A DNA stretch of 64,000 bases, the filler included, from Welwitschia mirabilis (taxonomy: Eukaryota): NCBI GenBank assembly GCA_051453625.1. It is 4 parts of one record of this genome, joined end to end, with 100 filler letters (N's around TTAATTAATTAA, not from the genome) between each part and the next. Parts side by side here need not be neighbours in the genome. Positions count along the whole stretch, not along the records: positions 1 to 21,360 come from JBOZIK010000001.1; 3 more parts are not named here. One strand, 5' to 3'. Numbering within the stretch: the stretch's first letter is position 1; the number at the start of each line of letters is the position of its first letter. Both the position numbers and the translations under genes were made by a program. The notes below the pieces were generated by a model that was given only the letters and a program-made list of their open reading frames with translations, did no database searches and was not told the origin of the DNA. Positions 1 to 12,849 of this stretch are shown one piece after another.

Positions 1-3000
1 TGAAATATGGGATATGACATAAGATTTACAAAATATGGGATATGACATCATAGTATTTTGAAGTTTGACATGTCCTAATTTTTTATGTTATTTTTATTAC
101 CACTTACTTATTTAATTTAACTACATTTTTAAAATATTTAAATATTTTATTATAATTACAATTAGATTTTTATTTATTATAGTAATTTGAGTAATTATTA
201 ATTATGAAAATAGATTTATTTTATTTATNNNNNNNNNNNNNNNNNNNNNNNNNNNNNNNNNNNNNNNNNNNNNNNNNNNNNNNNNNNNNNNNNNNNNNNN
301 NNNNNNNNNNNNNNNNNNNNNNNNNNNNTTATAAAATTCATATTTTTAACATGGTGATTGTATTTTTGGAATTTTAATAATAATTTAATAGTTAATAAAT
401 AGCATGTGTAATTTGGATATACACAATATGTAATAGGTACTTTTGAAGATGTCACAAAACAATATCAATTGATGGAATCTATGGAGGGCTTCTAATTTGG
501 ACTTATTTTCTTTATCGATTAGATATTTTGTTGAATGTGGCATGTTGTGATCTTCCAATAGTTCTCCCTTTTAGACTATAAGACTACATGTCATAGAAGG
601 GTTATCTCTTCTATTGATAAAAAGGAATTTGTTTGAAAATTTACAATTAAATGAACTGATCATGTCATTAATTTATTACAATATGTTTCTTCCATGGCTT
701 ATTATTATCTTCTTAGATTTTATTATATGAGAACTAGATATGTTTACTGTTAGAGTTAATTATGTTTTTAGTAACACACACTTTGCTTCTTCACTTTTTC
801 TAGCATGGATTACATGTTTTAACATTTTGTTAATTGTGATTTCATTTACTCTTACTTTGAATAAAGGTATATCATCTTCTTTGGTGGCAATCCCTTTAGG
901 ATCTAGTTTCACTCATTTGCAATTTCATTCATTTTTTTAATTTATTTGATTTTATTTTTTATACGAAGTCATCTCTTACTCCATTTGGATAAAAGTAGAG
1001 CTACTTCTTTTTGGAGCTATAATATAAGTCCTTTATTATGTGATTTTTAACTTTTTGATTTAGTCTTATGTGTATTTTTTGTATAGTTTTATGGTTTCTA
1101 AACAAAAGGAGAAGTCTGTAACATTTAGAATTTATAATGCTAGCTTTCTTTATTATTAGTGAGGATATTTTTAATATAAAAATAAATTTGGCTTTAACTT
1201 ATAGGTTTTATACATATGAAAATTAAATAAAAAAAGATATCAAGTTTGTCATTTTCTTAGTAAATATTTTATTCATTTATGCTTCATGATCTTTAGATTC
1301 TTATTTGTCTCTAAAGAAACCAATGTCTGTCTATCTCTTTGTTTGGATGCTAGTTTTGTTGTTTTTCTGCATTAGTCATCATCCTTATTCTTAGAACATT
1401 AACCATTTATTACAATCTCTAAATGGTGGAATCCTTTTCATTCAACTTTCATTCTTTTTTCGATACTTGTCTCTTTAAAATTTTTCAATTATTTTCTTAG
1501 TCCTTTTATCGCTTATTAATTTAATTTTTGTATTTTTTAAAATTTATACTTCAATTATTTTAACTCTTAAATAAATAGTTCTAAATTAATTTTCATTGAT
1601 TTTGTATATTTTTATAAATTATTTTTGTGTCTCTTTGAAACTTATTAAACTCATTTCCAATCCTTTTAGTTTTTATTACCTTTAATAGAAATTCTGATTT
1701 TAATCTTTGAATAAGATCTATTCATTGTTGTTTATTAAGATTATTAAGTCGTGTTTAGTATGCTAAACTTCTAAGATTCTTCTTTGTACTTCCACATAAT
1801 ATAATAAATACTACATGTTTTTGGTAATTAATTTATCTAAAAATAAATTATTAACTATAGATTTATTAATTCTTACTATATAGATCCTCCTATGTATGAG
1901 TTTATTCTTAAGTACTAAGTATATTCTCTTTTTACTTTTTTTGGTAAATTACATTGATTCTTCCCCCCATTTGTGGTAATCAGTATGATATTAAAATTTA
2001 ACGACTAATTTAAAAAATGAATTCATGTATATGATTCTTAGATTATCTTCTTATACATATTTACAATTTATTTTTTATTTCTTCCTATGTTTTCTCTTTA
2101 ATAATATACTCCTCATATGAAATATTAATGTTTTTCTATTACTTTTCATTAAAAGTGATAATCTTTTTATCTTTCTCTTCTTGTATTAGCCTCTATCTCT
2201 TATTTAGCCTTTTAAATTAGTTTCACTAGTGATGGGTCATTTAAATTTAGGTTCCATATATTTGAAATCAACACCTATCTCATTCAAGTTTTATCTAAGA
2301 TTGGGCAAAACCTATCTAAGTGACTTCATACTAACTATTAATTCCTAAACTATGTTTTTCCACAGTTGGAATTTAATTACCCTTTTGTTTCTACTTAGAT
2401 TATCTTCTATATTATTAGGCTAAGAAGCTATAGTATATAAGAATAGTATAAGTAACTAGTTTTAGCTAATTATGTTCTCGTCAACTTCTATTTTGTAACT
2501 AAGTTCTTTGCAAAAATAGCTAACACTGGAACCACTTTATTCTGATTTAATGTAAAATGAAAGAAATATAATCTAGGTCAACTAATGATTTTTATGTTAT
2601 TCTTTAGGAGTAATCTTCTGATAATGATGTTTATAATTATGTAAAAAGTTTTAAATAGATTTTAAACTTGAGTAGCCTTTTCACGTCTAATTTGATCTCA
2701 TTTCAATCATGCTCTTATCATGAATAGTGATATAATATCCTTAAATATATAAGCATAGTTCTTCATTTCTTGTTTGAATTCTATGCACATTACATTATGA
2801 GCATATAATAATTCATTTTTAAAGTAAATATAGAAAATTACCATCTTCTTATGTCAAGATAATTGCATTTTGATATGTTAATGAGAAATAGTGGATGAAT
2901 TCCTTGTCTAGTTCTAGTCTTTCACATTTTGTGTACCAATACAAACTAAATATATTAAGGATTTATTTGAACTCAAAATCTAAGTCTATTATTAGTGCTA

Positions 3001-6000
3001 ATGTAATATTTGAATTTGTAAAATAATTGTTAATAGTCACTATGTTTTGATCTTTAACTTTTCTAAATCTAAATTATAATTATGCCTGAACTATAATTAG
3101 TAGCTATTTATCTCTTCTTATTAAACACATGTGAAGGTAGTATATAAAGGATTATAATGAGAAAAATTATACAAACAAAAAATCAATTTTAAATAAAATA
3201 AATAAAATTTACATAAATTTTTATAGGAATTCTCTCTAGATAAGGAGATAAGTTTCTTTTCTAAAATTACTAAGGCTTGTTTTTAAAGACTTTAAAAAAT
3301 GCAAGGTAAAATATTCTTTCAAATCTAGGGTTTAATTTTATAAAAAAATTTCTTGATTACATTATTATATCAAAACATCTTTAATGTATGTCATTTCTTG
3401 TTTTGATTTTTAGGGCTTTTGAAAATTTTTTCATTATGTTGCATTAGTTTATCAATAGATTTGATGGAACTATTATTAGAATTGATTATGAACTAAAAGG
3501 ATTATTTTGGAAATAGAACATGAATATTCATTCAATTATATAAATAACTTTAAGTTAAAAAGTATGATCTCATATGAAAACATGTCCCTCAAATAAGAAC
3601 AATAATATTTGCTATACTCTTTAAGTTTTAGCCTTGATTATCTCATTGATAAGTTTATCAGTTAAAATCATATGAAGTATTTATAGCATTCATTTTGTAT
3701 TTGCTTCCTAAATTATGATGACTCTTATTCATTTTATCTAAACTCTACCATGACACTACTAGGTCTTTGAGGTGATCATCAGATTACTTTCATTCTTCAT
3801 TAGCTATGTTAAGTTCTATGAGCTCCTTATCCATCTTTTTTATGGTTTCATGAAAGTTCAAGCTTGGATTTTTTGAGGGATAATTTTTGAAACTAAAGTT
3901 GTTTAAATGTGATAATAAGGTATTCATGTTTTATGATTTAGAATACTTCTTTTTTATTTTTGGATTCTTCTTCTAGATGGACATATCTAGCATATTAATT
4001 CCATGTTTTATTAATTCTTAATATCTGGCATATTAATTCCATGTTGCATTAATTCTTAATGCCATGCTTTCTCACTTTTTATTTTTGCATGATGATTTTT
4101 TCCATGTTGAGGAAAATCTAGTGTTTCCTGCTTTCTTCATCATTATCCTTTTCTTTTATAGTTATTTGATTTCTTATTCACCATTCATTTATCATTTATC
4201 ATGTTATTTTATTACTTCTTCATCTACTTTGATATCATGTTTTAGTTTTTGAAGTAAATCACTTAATTTATTTTACTATATTTGTTGAATATTTGGATTT
4301 TTTTGGTTACAACTATATTTAAATTTTTGTTTATTATAGTAATTTTATAGTAATTTGTAATTATGCAAACAAGTTCACTTATGGAACTTATGTTTATGAT
4401 GTAATGAATGTATTTCATTGCTTATAAGAGAAATTTAACTATTAATAAATAATCTAAAATTTTAGGTGCGAAAGTTTAATTTGCATCATGAACAACAAAA
4501 GAAGAAGTAAAGGTACTAAATTTTTAAAACATTCTAAAATTGTTACATAATTAATTAATAATTAGGAATAAAACATCATCATAAATAGTTGTTTTTATGT
4601 AGGTGGTTCAGGAATAAACCACTTTCTCAAGTATAGAAATTAGGCTTTTATAACTTTAAGTATTCAATTACACTTTTGTTTGACTCTAAAAAATTTCTTC
4701 TTCTCCTTTATGTTATGCATCATTTGAAACAAATGTTGTTTCCCTATATTGTGTTTTAGCAATTAAAAGAGATTGCATCTTTTTGTTGTGAAATAAAACA
4801 TATCATTTGATATTGCATTAACCAAATTAACATTTGCTACACCAATTTAGTTAAGTTTCTAACATTCACCTTTAGTTTTAAATAAGTTTTCACTTAGACT
4901 TATTTTTGAAATCTTTGGATTCATCTTGAATTATTTCACCTTTTTATTTTTAATTTATCCTTCTTCATGATATTTTTCATCTTTAAAATTATTAACTTTT
5001 GGGATTTCTTTTGAGAATTAGTTAGGTAGTAACATTTAAAGGTTTGTCACTTGTACTTTTTAAGTACCTTCTTTCTAGTCATTTTGCTACTTTGTCTCAC
5101 TTCCATACTTTAGTTTCAAACCTATTTCATTTTGATTAAAAAATGATTTTTTTGGTAATTAGTTTTCTTTTCTTTAATAAGGTTTTTTATAATTTTAAAT
5201 ATTTGTCTCATGTTATGATCTACTTCATCCCTTAGATGAAGTTACTGAACACAAATACAAATACTTCATACAAATTCATCTTTATCATTACTTTAGCCCA
5301 AAAAAAAGGGAAGAATATCAAAAAAGGAAAATTATGCTCTGCCAATACAATAAAATTACATATAAGATTTAAAAATTTTCTTCATTTTAACTTTAAAGTC
5401 TTCTTTAGTGGCTTCTTTAGTGGCTCCTTCAGTATCTTCTTTGGAAACTCTATTTATGGTTTCTTTAAGTTAATTGTTCTGGTTTAGGATGTGTTATCTA
5501 TTTGGAGTTATCTTGATCTTTAATAAAGCTCTTGAAGTGAAACATGAAGCTCATGAACTATGTTTTATGCTTCATCAAGAGAATTTTCTTTTTTATCATG
5601 TCCTTGTAGAATCTAAGATTTCTCCCCTACAAAATAGGTAATCTAAGCTTGTGTTCCATGAAGATTCCTCTAGAATTCTTTATTATTGTTCTTTATCTTT
5701 GCTAGTTTTGGATTTTCTTGATTATGTACATTATTTCCTTTTCCCCTTTATTTTTTAAAAATTTAAAATAACTTTATCTAAAATTATTTTTCTATTATTT
5801 TAAATGTTTATAATAGAAAAGGCAGTAAATTAAAAACTGAATTAAAATATAGGAGATAAGAGAAAACACGCAAATTAAATAAGTTAAATTTTTTTAAGTT
5901 TTTTCACATTTTATCGTAACCTACAAAAAAACTGTTAGACCTGCCACACAAATCAAGTTAGGGTAAAGAAAACTAAAGAGAACTCAAAGTAGGACTAGTT

Positions 6001-6195
6001 TGGGTATCACTGGAAATGATTAATACCAACCACTAGAAATTAAAAAAAACAACACACAAAGAGAAAAAGAAAGAGGATCAATTCAGGTATCACTGGAAAG
6101 AACTAGTACTCATCACTGAAAAACAAAAACTAAGTTTAAAAAAACTTATAAGAAAGTAAATTTTGTGCTTGTTCTAAGCAGCTACTGTGCCATTA

Positions 6196-6213
6196 TCCCT
6201 GGTGATGATGCTA
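6196..6213 (-). promoter_or_regulatory. Decayed primer-binding site (Athila-type, tRNA-Asp-like)
   Basis: - strand TAGCATCATCACCAGGGA matches TGGCGCCGTCGCCGGGGA with only G>A and C>T changes and lies directly after the LTR end. Confidence 0.65.
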
Positions 6214-6216
6214 AAA

Positions 6217-7571
6217 TCTTACTTGTTTCATCTAATGAATCAAATTTAAATTAAGTTGTTAATCAGTATTACTCTTTTCATAAAGATAATTAGGGTAGGT
6301 ATTTAGATGTTACAAATTCTTTCTTAGTTGCAAGTTACAGTTTAAGAAAGGGAAAAAAAGAAGAAGTTGAGAGCATTGTTTTGAAACTTCATTGGAATGG
6401 TAGAGAAGCAAACAAGCTCCAAGTTCTTGTCTGACTTGTCCACCACTGATCCTTCACTTTAATGATATACTACACCAATCTTGTAACGCACTTTAAACTA
6501 TCAAGTAATAATGTCTTAGGTCTTGATGACATAATTTCATTCATCATATTAAATTTGGTGAACCTAATAGCCCCTTGATCCTTCATAGACTTGAAACAAG
6601 AATGAAAAGTAAGGACTTAGGTACTTAAAATCCATCAAGTTGAAGAAGACTTAGGCCAAGTGATTATAAAATATACTCAAATAACAACAGAACTTGAAGT
6701 GAAGTTATTACTTAAGCATTGAAAGTATAAAGTGATTTGTAACTAATAATTAAAAAAATTATGTATTAAATTAATAAAGGCACATTACATCAAAAGAAGG
6801 AAAAAGCTCAAAGAACTCCTTAAGTTATCCTTGAAGTAAGCTCACTTCCCAAAGAAAGTACTTAGAAGTCCATTGCGACTTAATGCTCTGAAGGTTCTAT
6901 TCTTTTACCAAAATAAAGGATGTTATAATGGAGGGTCAAGGGTCTTTTATAGGCAAGGATGAGGGGTAGGGGATGGCTACAAGCCTTTGGCTTATAACAT
7001 TAGTTGAGCAGTTACAAAATATGACATGTAGTATTAGGTAGGGGCTTTTTCATCTTTCATTAGGTAGATATCATCATGATGAGGCCGACACTTGGATCCT
7101 AGATGCTATTACATCTAATAACCATTGTTACTATCATGTATTTCCACTATCATCCTACTCAGCATTGCCACATGTTACTACTACATGTTATCATCATCAC
7201 TGCCACATGTTGTCAAAAATACAAGTTACTTCTGATGTGGAATCTGATTAATCCCATAATTAAATTTGGCTTAATTTCACATGACAAGTTAGTAATGTGA
7301 GTTTTGGATTATCATGCATAGAATAACTAACGGTGTTAGGTGACCTAAATAGTAACACTAGGGTTTTAGCTTGGATGATCATCCTCTTTAAACATGTACT
7401 TCAAATTAATATAAATTTTCTGAAAATGTCATGGACAAATGATAAGTTCATAAGTAATATAGAAAAGTGATAGAAGACATATTTTTATGTTAAATGGGTT
7501 ACATTAATGTCTTTCATTAAGATAAATTAATCAAATAACTTGATTAGCATGTTAATTTTTACATGTTAACA
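6217..7571 (-). repeat. Left LTR of the Athila-like element
   Basis: Colinear with 15325-16675. Begins TGTTAACATGTAAAAA on the - strand, preceded by a purine-rich tract (TTAGGAGGTA, 7572-7581). Left end is approximate. Confidence 0.85.
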
Positions 7572-9169
7572 TACCTCCTAATTAGACTTTTACTAGACTT
7601 CTAGTAAAACATTGATAATAAAATGTTTAACCATAGAAATATTGTCTAAGTCAAAATGCTCAAGTGTGAAAATGATATAATTTTGAAAAAAAAAATATGA
7701 CCANNNNNNNNNNNNNNNNNNNNNNNNNNNNNNNNNNNNNNNNNNNNNNNNNNNNNNNNNNNNNNNNNNNNNNNNNNNNNNNNNNNNNNNNNNNNNNNNN
7801 NNNGCTCAAGTGTGAAAATGATATAATTTTGAAAAAAAAAATATGACCAATTTTTTAAAATTAAGGCATTAAAATTAAAAAAAGGGGTAAAAAACAACGT
7901 CAAAATTGGACGTCATACCCCTTAATCAAAACTAAACTTTGTCCTTAAAGTTTTACAATATAATGTGTTTAAAGCATTTAAGAATATAACCTTTAGAAGA
8001 ATCTTGATGAGTCCTTTTCTTAAAAGTAATGCAAAGTGANNNNNNNNNNNNNNNNNNNNNNNNNNNNNNNNNNNNNNNNNNNNNNNNNNNNNNNNNNNNN
8101 NNNNNNNNNNNNNNNNNNNNNNNNNNNNNNNNNNNNNNNGCAAAGTGATGCAACCAAGCTATGAAATATGGGAAAACTAACTAATAGGAGATAATTTTTA
8201 TTTCTTCCTGAAACATTCTAAGTATAAAGTTAATTTAGAAAAATGGTTTACGCCTTATGGTGTTATTTCTTGTGAAATGGTAATGAAGTAAAATGGGTAA
8301 TGGAGATGGAAAATGAAAACAGTATCAAAAGATTTAAACATAAAACAAATGAATAAATAAATGAACCTACCTAAGTTAATTACCATTATTATGTTGTTGT
8401 ATTTTGTTAATAGATCTCGATATCAACTAAGTGTAGTATCAAACCAAGTAACTTTATAAGAATTTAAGAAACCGTAGCGAATCTCAAGCATGAAAGTTAA
8501 AAAACAATAGAACACAAAAGAACTTTGATTCCCATCTTTTTCTTTCCTTTATTTTCATTTTCTACCAACATGTGTATTCTTTTTTTAAGCCTTTGAATCA
8601 CATTGAGCATCCAATGTTACAACATTTTCTTCAAATAAAGTTAAGTATGTTGTTTTATGAAGAAATTAGTGTTACATTGTTAGCAAGTTTTTATAGCCTC
8701 AATGTAGTTAATTATGTTGTGATTAGACCCTTAGAGTGACATTACTAATGAGCATCCATAGCCTCGATGCAATTAACTAAACCCAATTAAGTGATTAATG
8801 AGATGTGCATTTGGAGAAGAGATACTATTTTTCTTTTCTTTTTATTCTCATATTCATTTTTTATGTACATTAGAGGGGTCATTATCTCATTAACCTAATC
8901 AAGAAAAATCTCATTCCCATCAAAATATTTAAACATAAGAAACATACTATGAGGATAGATTCCACCTTTTTCAGCTATGTCTTACCAAAATCAAAGACCT
9001 TAAGCAAATGTGCTTTTAACAATTAAACTCAAAATAAGCATAATTTTTCCTTAGAAAACTATAACTACACTTAATCGTAACCATTACTTAGTGGTAATGA
9101 GATCCCTTATTATTGATATTTGTTCAAAGGCATTAATTTGGATCTGTCAGTCTCATAAATTCATACGTC

Positions 9170-12100
9170 GCCAGAATGGATGGATGATAATGTTTAAGAT
9201 AATGTCCATTAACTTTAAACTATTGGTGATTTTTAGTGTTTTCGATCAAAAACACGCCACTAGGTAAAAAAAATTTTTATTAGAAATGGACATTTCCACT
9301 TAAAGACTAGTTTTCCTAGAAATAAATGTAATTGTGAGTTGCAAATAAAAACTAGTTTCCCTTCTTGAAATGTTTTCTTAAGGATGTTTCAATCATGAAA
9401 CTTTTTCATTCTTTCTTTGTTGATCTTTATGTTTTGATAGGCATCATTCCTGATGTCATCTAATTCATTAAGTTTTATGGCCCTTTTTTTTCTTTCCACC
9501 TTCAAATCTAAGTCCATGTTTTTAATTTCTCAATATGCTTTATATTCAAGTTCTATGGATAAATGACAAGATTTGTTATAGACTAATCTAAGTAAGGACA
9601 TTCCTAAAGGTGTTTTGTAAGTTGCTTAATAGACCCATAAAATGTTCTTAAGCTTAAAAATATCAATCTTTTCTAGTTAAGTTTACTAATTTCTGCAAAA
9701 TATTCTTAATTTTTCTATTTTAACCTCAACTTAACTGCTAGTTTATGGATGACAGGATGTTGCAACTTTGTGAGTGACCCCATAATTAGTGAGATGATTA
9801 TTAAATATTCTGTTGTAAAATTGAGTTACTTCACCACTAATCGAAACTCAAGGGTAATAAAATCATGTTAATATGTTTTTCTTAAAGAATTTTACCACTG
9901 TTTCAGCATCGTTTGATCGACATGTGCATGCCTCTATCGATTTAGTTACATAATCAATGTAGACAAGAATATGTTAATGCTCGTTTAAGGATGGATATGG
10001 GCCATAAAAATCGATACCCTAAATATCAATAGATTTAATGATGAGAATGGGTTTTAGGAGCATCATATGCTTTTATAAAAGACTATTGAGTTTTAGACAA
10101 TATTGCAAGATTTACAATAGAGGTAGGAGTTTTTAAGAATGAAAGGCTAAAAAAACTGATTTAAAGGATTTTCATAGCAATTTTATTAGCAGAATAATGG
10201 TCACACAAGCCTTTATGTCATGTATTTTATATTGAGGAATACATTTATAGATGACTTGATTTCAGTGATACTTAAACAGATATTTCAAAAGAAGTATTTA
10301 TCCTAGCTTAAGAATCTCTTTTTATCTTTAAAGGTCTAGGAGAAGGAATAAGCTTGAAAGCTAAGTAATTTGCAACATTGACAAACCAAGGTATTTATAA
10401 AACTAATAAGAGGTATTCATAAGGGTAGGTATCATTAATGGAAAAGGATGTTCATAAATTTTCTTGAGTTATTCATGAAAGATAATTCACAATTACATTA
10501 TTAAATCCCTTTTTGTATGATTCACTTAATTAATCTAGGTTTTAAATCCTTTTTAAGGAATAGGTACTTAAGAGCTGAGTGATCTATATAAATAATCATC
10601 TTCAAACCTAAAAGATATTGCCTAAAAGTCTTTAAGATAAATTCTATATTCACTAGCTCTTTTTCCATGATGGTGTAGTTTATTTGAGTTTCATTTAGTG
10701 TTTTACTGACATAATAGATTATGGTTGGTTTGCTATCTATCCTTTGTCCTAACATGACTCTAACTGCATAATCACTATCATCGCATATAAGTTCAAAAGG
10801 TAACTTCTAATCAGGTGGTTGAATGATGGAGTACAAGTAAGTTTTTCATTAAGTCGTTCAACAGCTTGTTGACACTTGGAGGCCCAATTGAAAGAAGAAT
10901 CTTTACTTAAGAGGTCACACAATGATTAAGAGATTTTGTTGAAGTTCTTAACAAACCTTCTGTAATATCCTACATGTCCTAGAAAGGATCTAATGTCTTT
11001 TTTCTTTTGTGGATTTGGTAGGGGTGTGATTAGAGAAAATTTTATAGGATCTACTTGAATTCCTTTGGAAGAGAGAATGTGTCCTAACATTATGCCTTTA
11101 TTAACCATAAAGTGAAATCTTTCCCAATTAATAATAAGGCATTTTTTTATGCATCACATAAAGACTAGCTCTGAGTTATGTAGGCAATGGTTGAAAGAGG
11201 CCTCGTATATAGAGAAATCATTCGTAAATATTTTAATGCATGAGTCTAATAAATCAAATAAAATTCCAATCATGCAACATCGAAATGTAATCACGCATTG
11301 CACAATCCAAAAGGCATTCTCATACAAGCAGAGTTACCATAAGGATAGGTGAAGATGGATTTATGTCATTTCTGAAAGGCAATTTTTATTTGGTAATACC
11401 ATGAATACCCATCTACAAAGCAGTAAAAAGGACATCCTGCAAGTTGTTCTAAGATTTAATTAGAACATGAGAGTGGGAAATTATCTTTTCTTAAGATAGT
11501 ATTTAATTTTCTATATTTTATGCACATTCTCCATTTAGTTGTGGGTCTAGTGGGGATGAATTTTGTGTTTATTAGGGATTAAGGTAATTTTTTTTAGTCT
11601 ACAATTTAAATTTAACTTATCCATTTATAATTTGAGATGGAGTATATAATTTCATTATCTAAAAGTTTGATCACTTCATTTTTTACTACCTCCTTCAGGG
11701 TTGCATTTATCCTTCTTTGGTTTTATATGGATGGCTTTGCATTTTTTTCTAAGTAAATGTGATGCATGCAAATGCTAGGGTTAGCGTCCTTAGTATTAGA
11801 AAAAGCCCTTCTATTACTTGCTTATGATTTCTTAAAAGGTTTAGCAACTTGATTTCTTGGGATAAAGTTAAGAAATAACTGATCACTGTCGAAAAGATGG
11901 AATTTTCTTATAAGAAAGCATATTTAAGGTCCTTCAGAAGAGGCTTATGTTTAATAGAGGTTTGATCCTAAGTATATGACTCTTGCTCTTATTAAAAGTC
12001 TAAGGCTTCATTATTATGAAGGTACATGGAGAATTCTTAATCATCTAGAAGGCTTTCTATCCTATCCACATGTTCTACCCTTTTATCATTAGGTGGTAAT

Positions 12101-12700
12101 TTCATGGCATTAAAAACATTTAATTCTATCTTCATGTTGTCAAAGCAGATTTTTATCAAATCATTCTTACGATTAATTAAAGCATTTGAAGTTGCTAGAA
12201 AAGGTCTTCCTAAGATGACAATTACTAATTGGTTCATTGATTTTTCCATGTTCAAAACTATAAAATCTATTAGGAATTAATAGCTATCTATCTTAATAAT
12301 GATGTCCTATATAACCTCTAGTGGTGTTTTCATAGAACTATTGGTTAGCTGAAGTTTAAGTTTTATACTTTTAAGCCCTTATAAGCCTAACTCTTTGTAT
12401 GTTTTATAAGGATGTAATTTTACACTAGCTCCTAAGTTCAATAAGGCTTGGTTAAGTTACTCGTTTTCTACGTTGATTGTGATTGTAGGACATCCAAGGA
12501 TTTTATATTCGGGTGAAAATTGATTCTAAAGAATTACACTTGTTTGTTGTGCTAAAAGGCTTTGCTCTTTACATTCATGCATCTTTTTACTATGCACTTA
12601 TTCATAGGAAATAACCTACTTAATGGCTTGTAGGAGAGGGATATTTATTTTAACTTCCTTAAATACCTATAAAGCCTCTAATTGTTTTTTCATGATATTG
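9170..12700 (-). pseudogene. Gypsy pol (protease, RT, RNase H, integrase), disrupted
   Basis: ORF fragments 12037-12255, 10926-11108 and 10522-10755 carry protease, RT and RNase H motifs. Integrase-like text lies at ~9.2-10.2 kb. Frequent stops. Confidence 0.9.
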
Positions 12701-12849
12701 TCCTTCCTAAGCTATTAGGAAGAAAGAGGGGCTCTTTATATATGGGAAAGGATTCCTCTATTATTTAATTTTTTTTCTTGTTTTCTATTCATTGGTTTTA
12801 TTTATGCAAGTGTATTATCTAATTCTTTTCTGCTCTTAAGGTGAATTGA

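Noticed and set aside
1-440. Short direct repeat AAATATGGGATATGACAT and AT-rich core, possible decayed MITE
   Set aside because: Cut by the window edge and a gap. No TIR pair or TSD can be shown.
225-455. ORFs containing X runs (225, 7646, 7922, 21413, 29265, 33688, 40100, 46807 and others)
   Set aside because: They are open only because N-gaps contain no stop codons.
7657-7849. Exact ~46-bp repeat either side of the 7704-7803 gap (similar short overlap at 8031-8148)
   Set aside because: Identical sequence flanking a gap indicates unmerged contig overlap.
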